Shown here: positions 63,663-64,000 of the stretch, piece after piece | Numbering within the stretch: the first letter of the stretch is position 1 | Layout of the letters: every line of letters starts with the position of its first letter | Notes under the pieces: model-generated | What the model was told of the DNA's origin: nothing | Databases searched by the model: none | The model's input: the letters and a program-made list of their open reading frames with translations, nothing else | Made by a program: the position numbers and the translations under genes | Assembly: GCA_965202625.1 (NCBI GenBank) | Contig: CBDBBI010000010.1 | Span: 768,001-832,000 of the forward strand | DNA: 64,000 nt | Origin: a bacterium | GTDB taxonomy: Bacteria > UBA8248 | Direction: 5' to 3'

Positions 63663-63773
63663 CAAACGCCAAAGGCGGAGCCTTCCCCCTTTACGCGATG
63701 AGAGGCGAAGCGCCACGTTCGCCTGACCAAAATCACGCTCCTCCATCGCGCGAGAACAAGGGAGCGGATCAAT

Positions 63774-64000
63774 ATGAAACGAAGGGCGCCGAGAAACCGA
63801 ACGCTGATTTGCGGCCCCGAAGAGGTGGCGCGCTTGTCGACCCAAATCCTTCGTGCTGCCGATCTGGCGTCCGGCGAGGATATCAGCGGCAAAATCATTT
63901 GTGGAGACACGTTCGAGATAGCGGAAAGTCTGCCCGAAAGGTTCGTCGATCTGCTCGTTCTGGACCCTCCCTATAACCTGTCCAAAAACTACGGCGGCCG
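63774..64000 (+). CDS. Partial site-specific DNA methyltransferase (N6/N4, beta class)
   Basis: Not in the ORF track. My translation gives MKRRAPRNRTL...IICGDTFEI...VDLLVLDPPYNLSKNYGG, open at the window edge. Confidence 0.85.
   Translation, partial: MKRRAPRNRTLICGPEEVARLSTQILRAADLASGEDISGKIICGDTFEIAESLPERFVDLLVLDPPYNLSKNYGG

Overview
Bacterial chromosomal window, probably from an uncultured Gram-negative lineage (the gene content resembles Nitrospinota/Deltaproteobacteria; this is inference only). The left ~47 kb is moderate-GC and mostly housekeeping or metabolic: a vWA/GATase-DUF4159 operon, EamA transporters, aldehyde:ferredoxin oxidoreductase, acyl-CoA dehydrogenase, lutA plus a lutB-lutC fusion, glnB-glnD-glnA, an IspH-UbiA-like fusion, trxA, ftsK, an AsmA-like giant protein, gltX with tRNA-Gln(CTG), a peroxiredoxin and a cold-shock gene. 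The right ~17 kb is clearly higher in GC and accessory: a ThiO-like oxidase, a low-GC type II restriction-modification pair, an SsuD-like monooxygenase, phoX, a PD-(D/E)XK-like nuclease, ybdK, two tandem secreted Cys-rich paralogs and a partial DNA methyltransferase. Highlights are (1) an AhpD/CMD-like gene split by an in-frame TGA in a CxxU motif, followed by a SECIS-like hairpin (probable selenoprotein); (2) a 2.2 kb cassette of two unrecognised secreted basic proteins with 13 conserved cysteines, bracketed by a duplicated ybdK 3' end; and (3) several pseudogenes. All family assignments come from motif recognition; no database searches were run.
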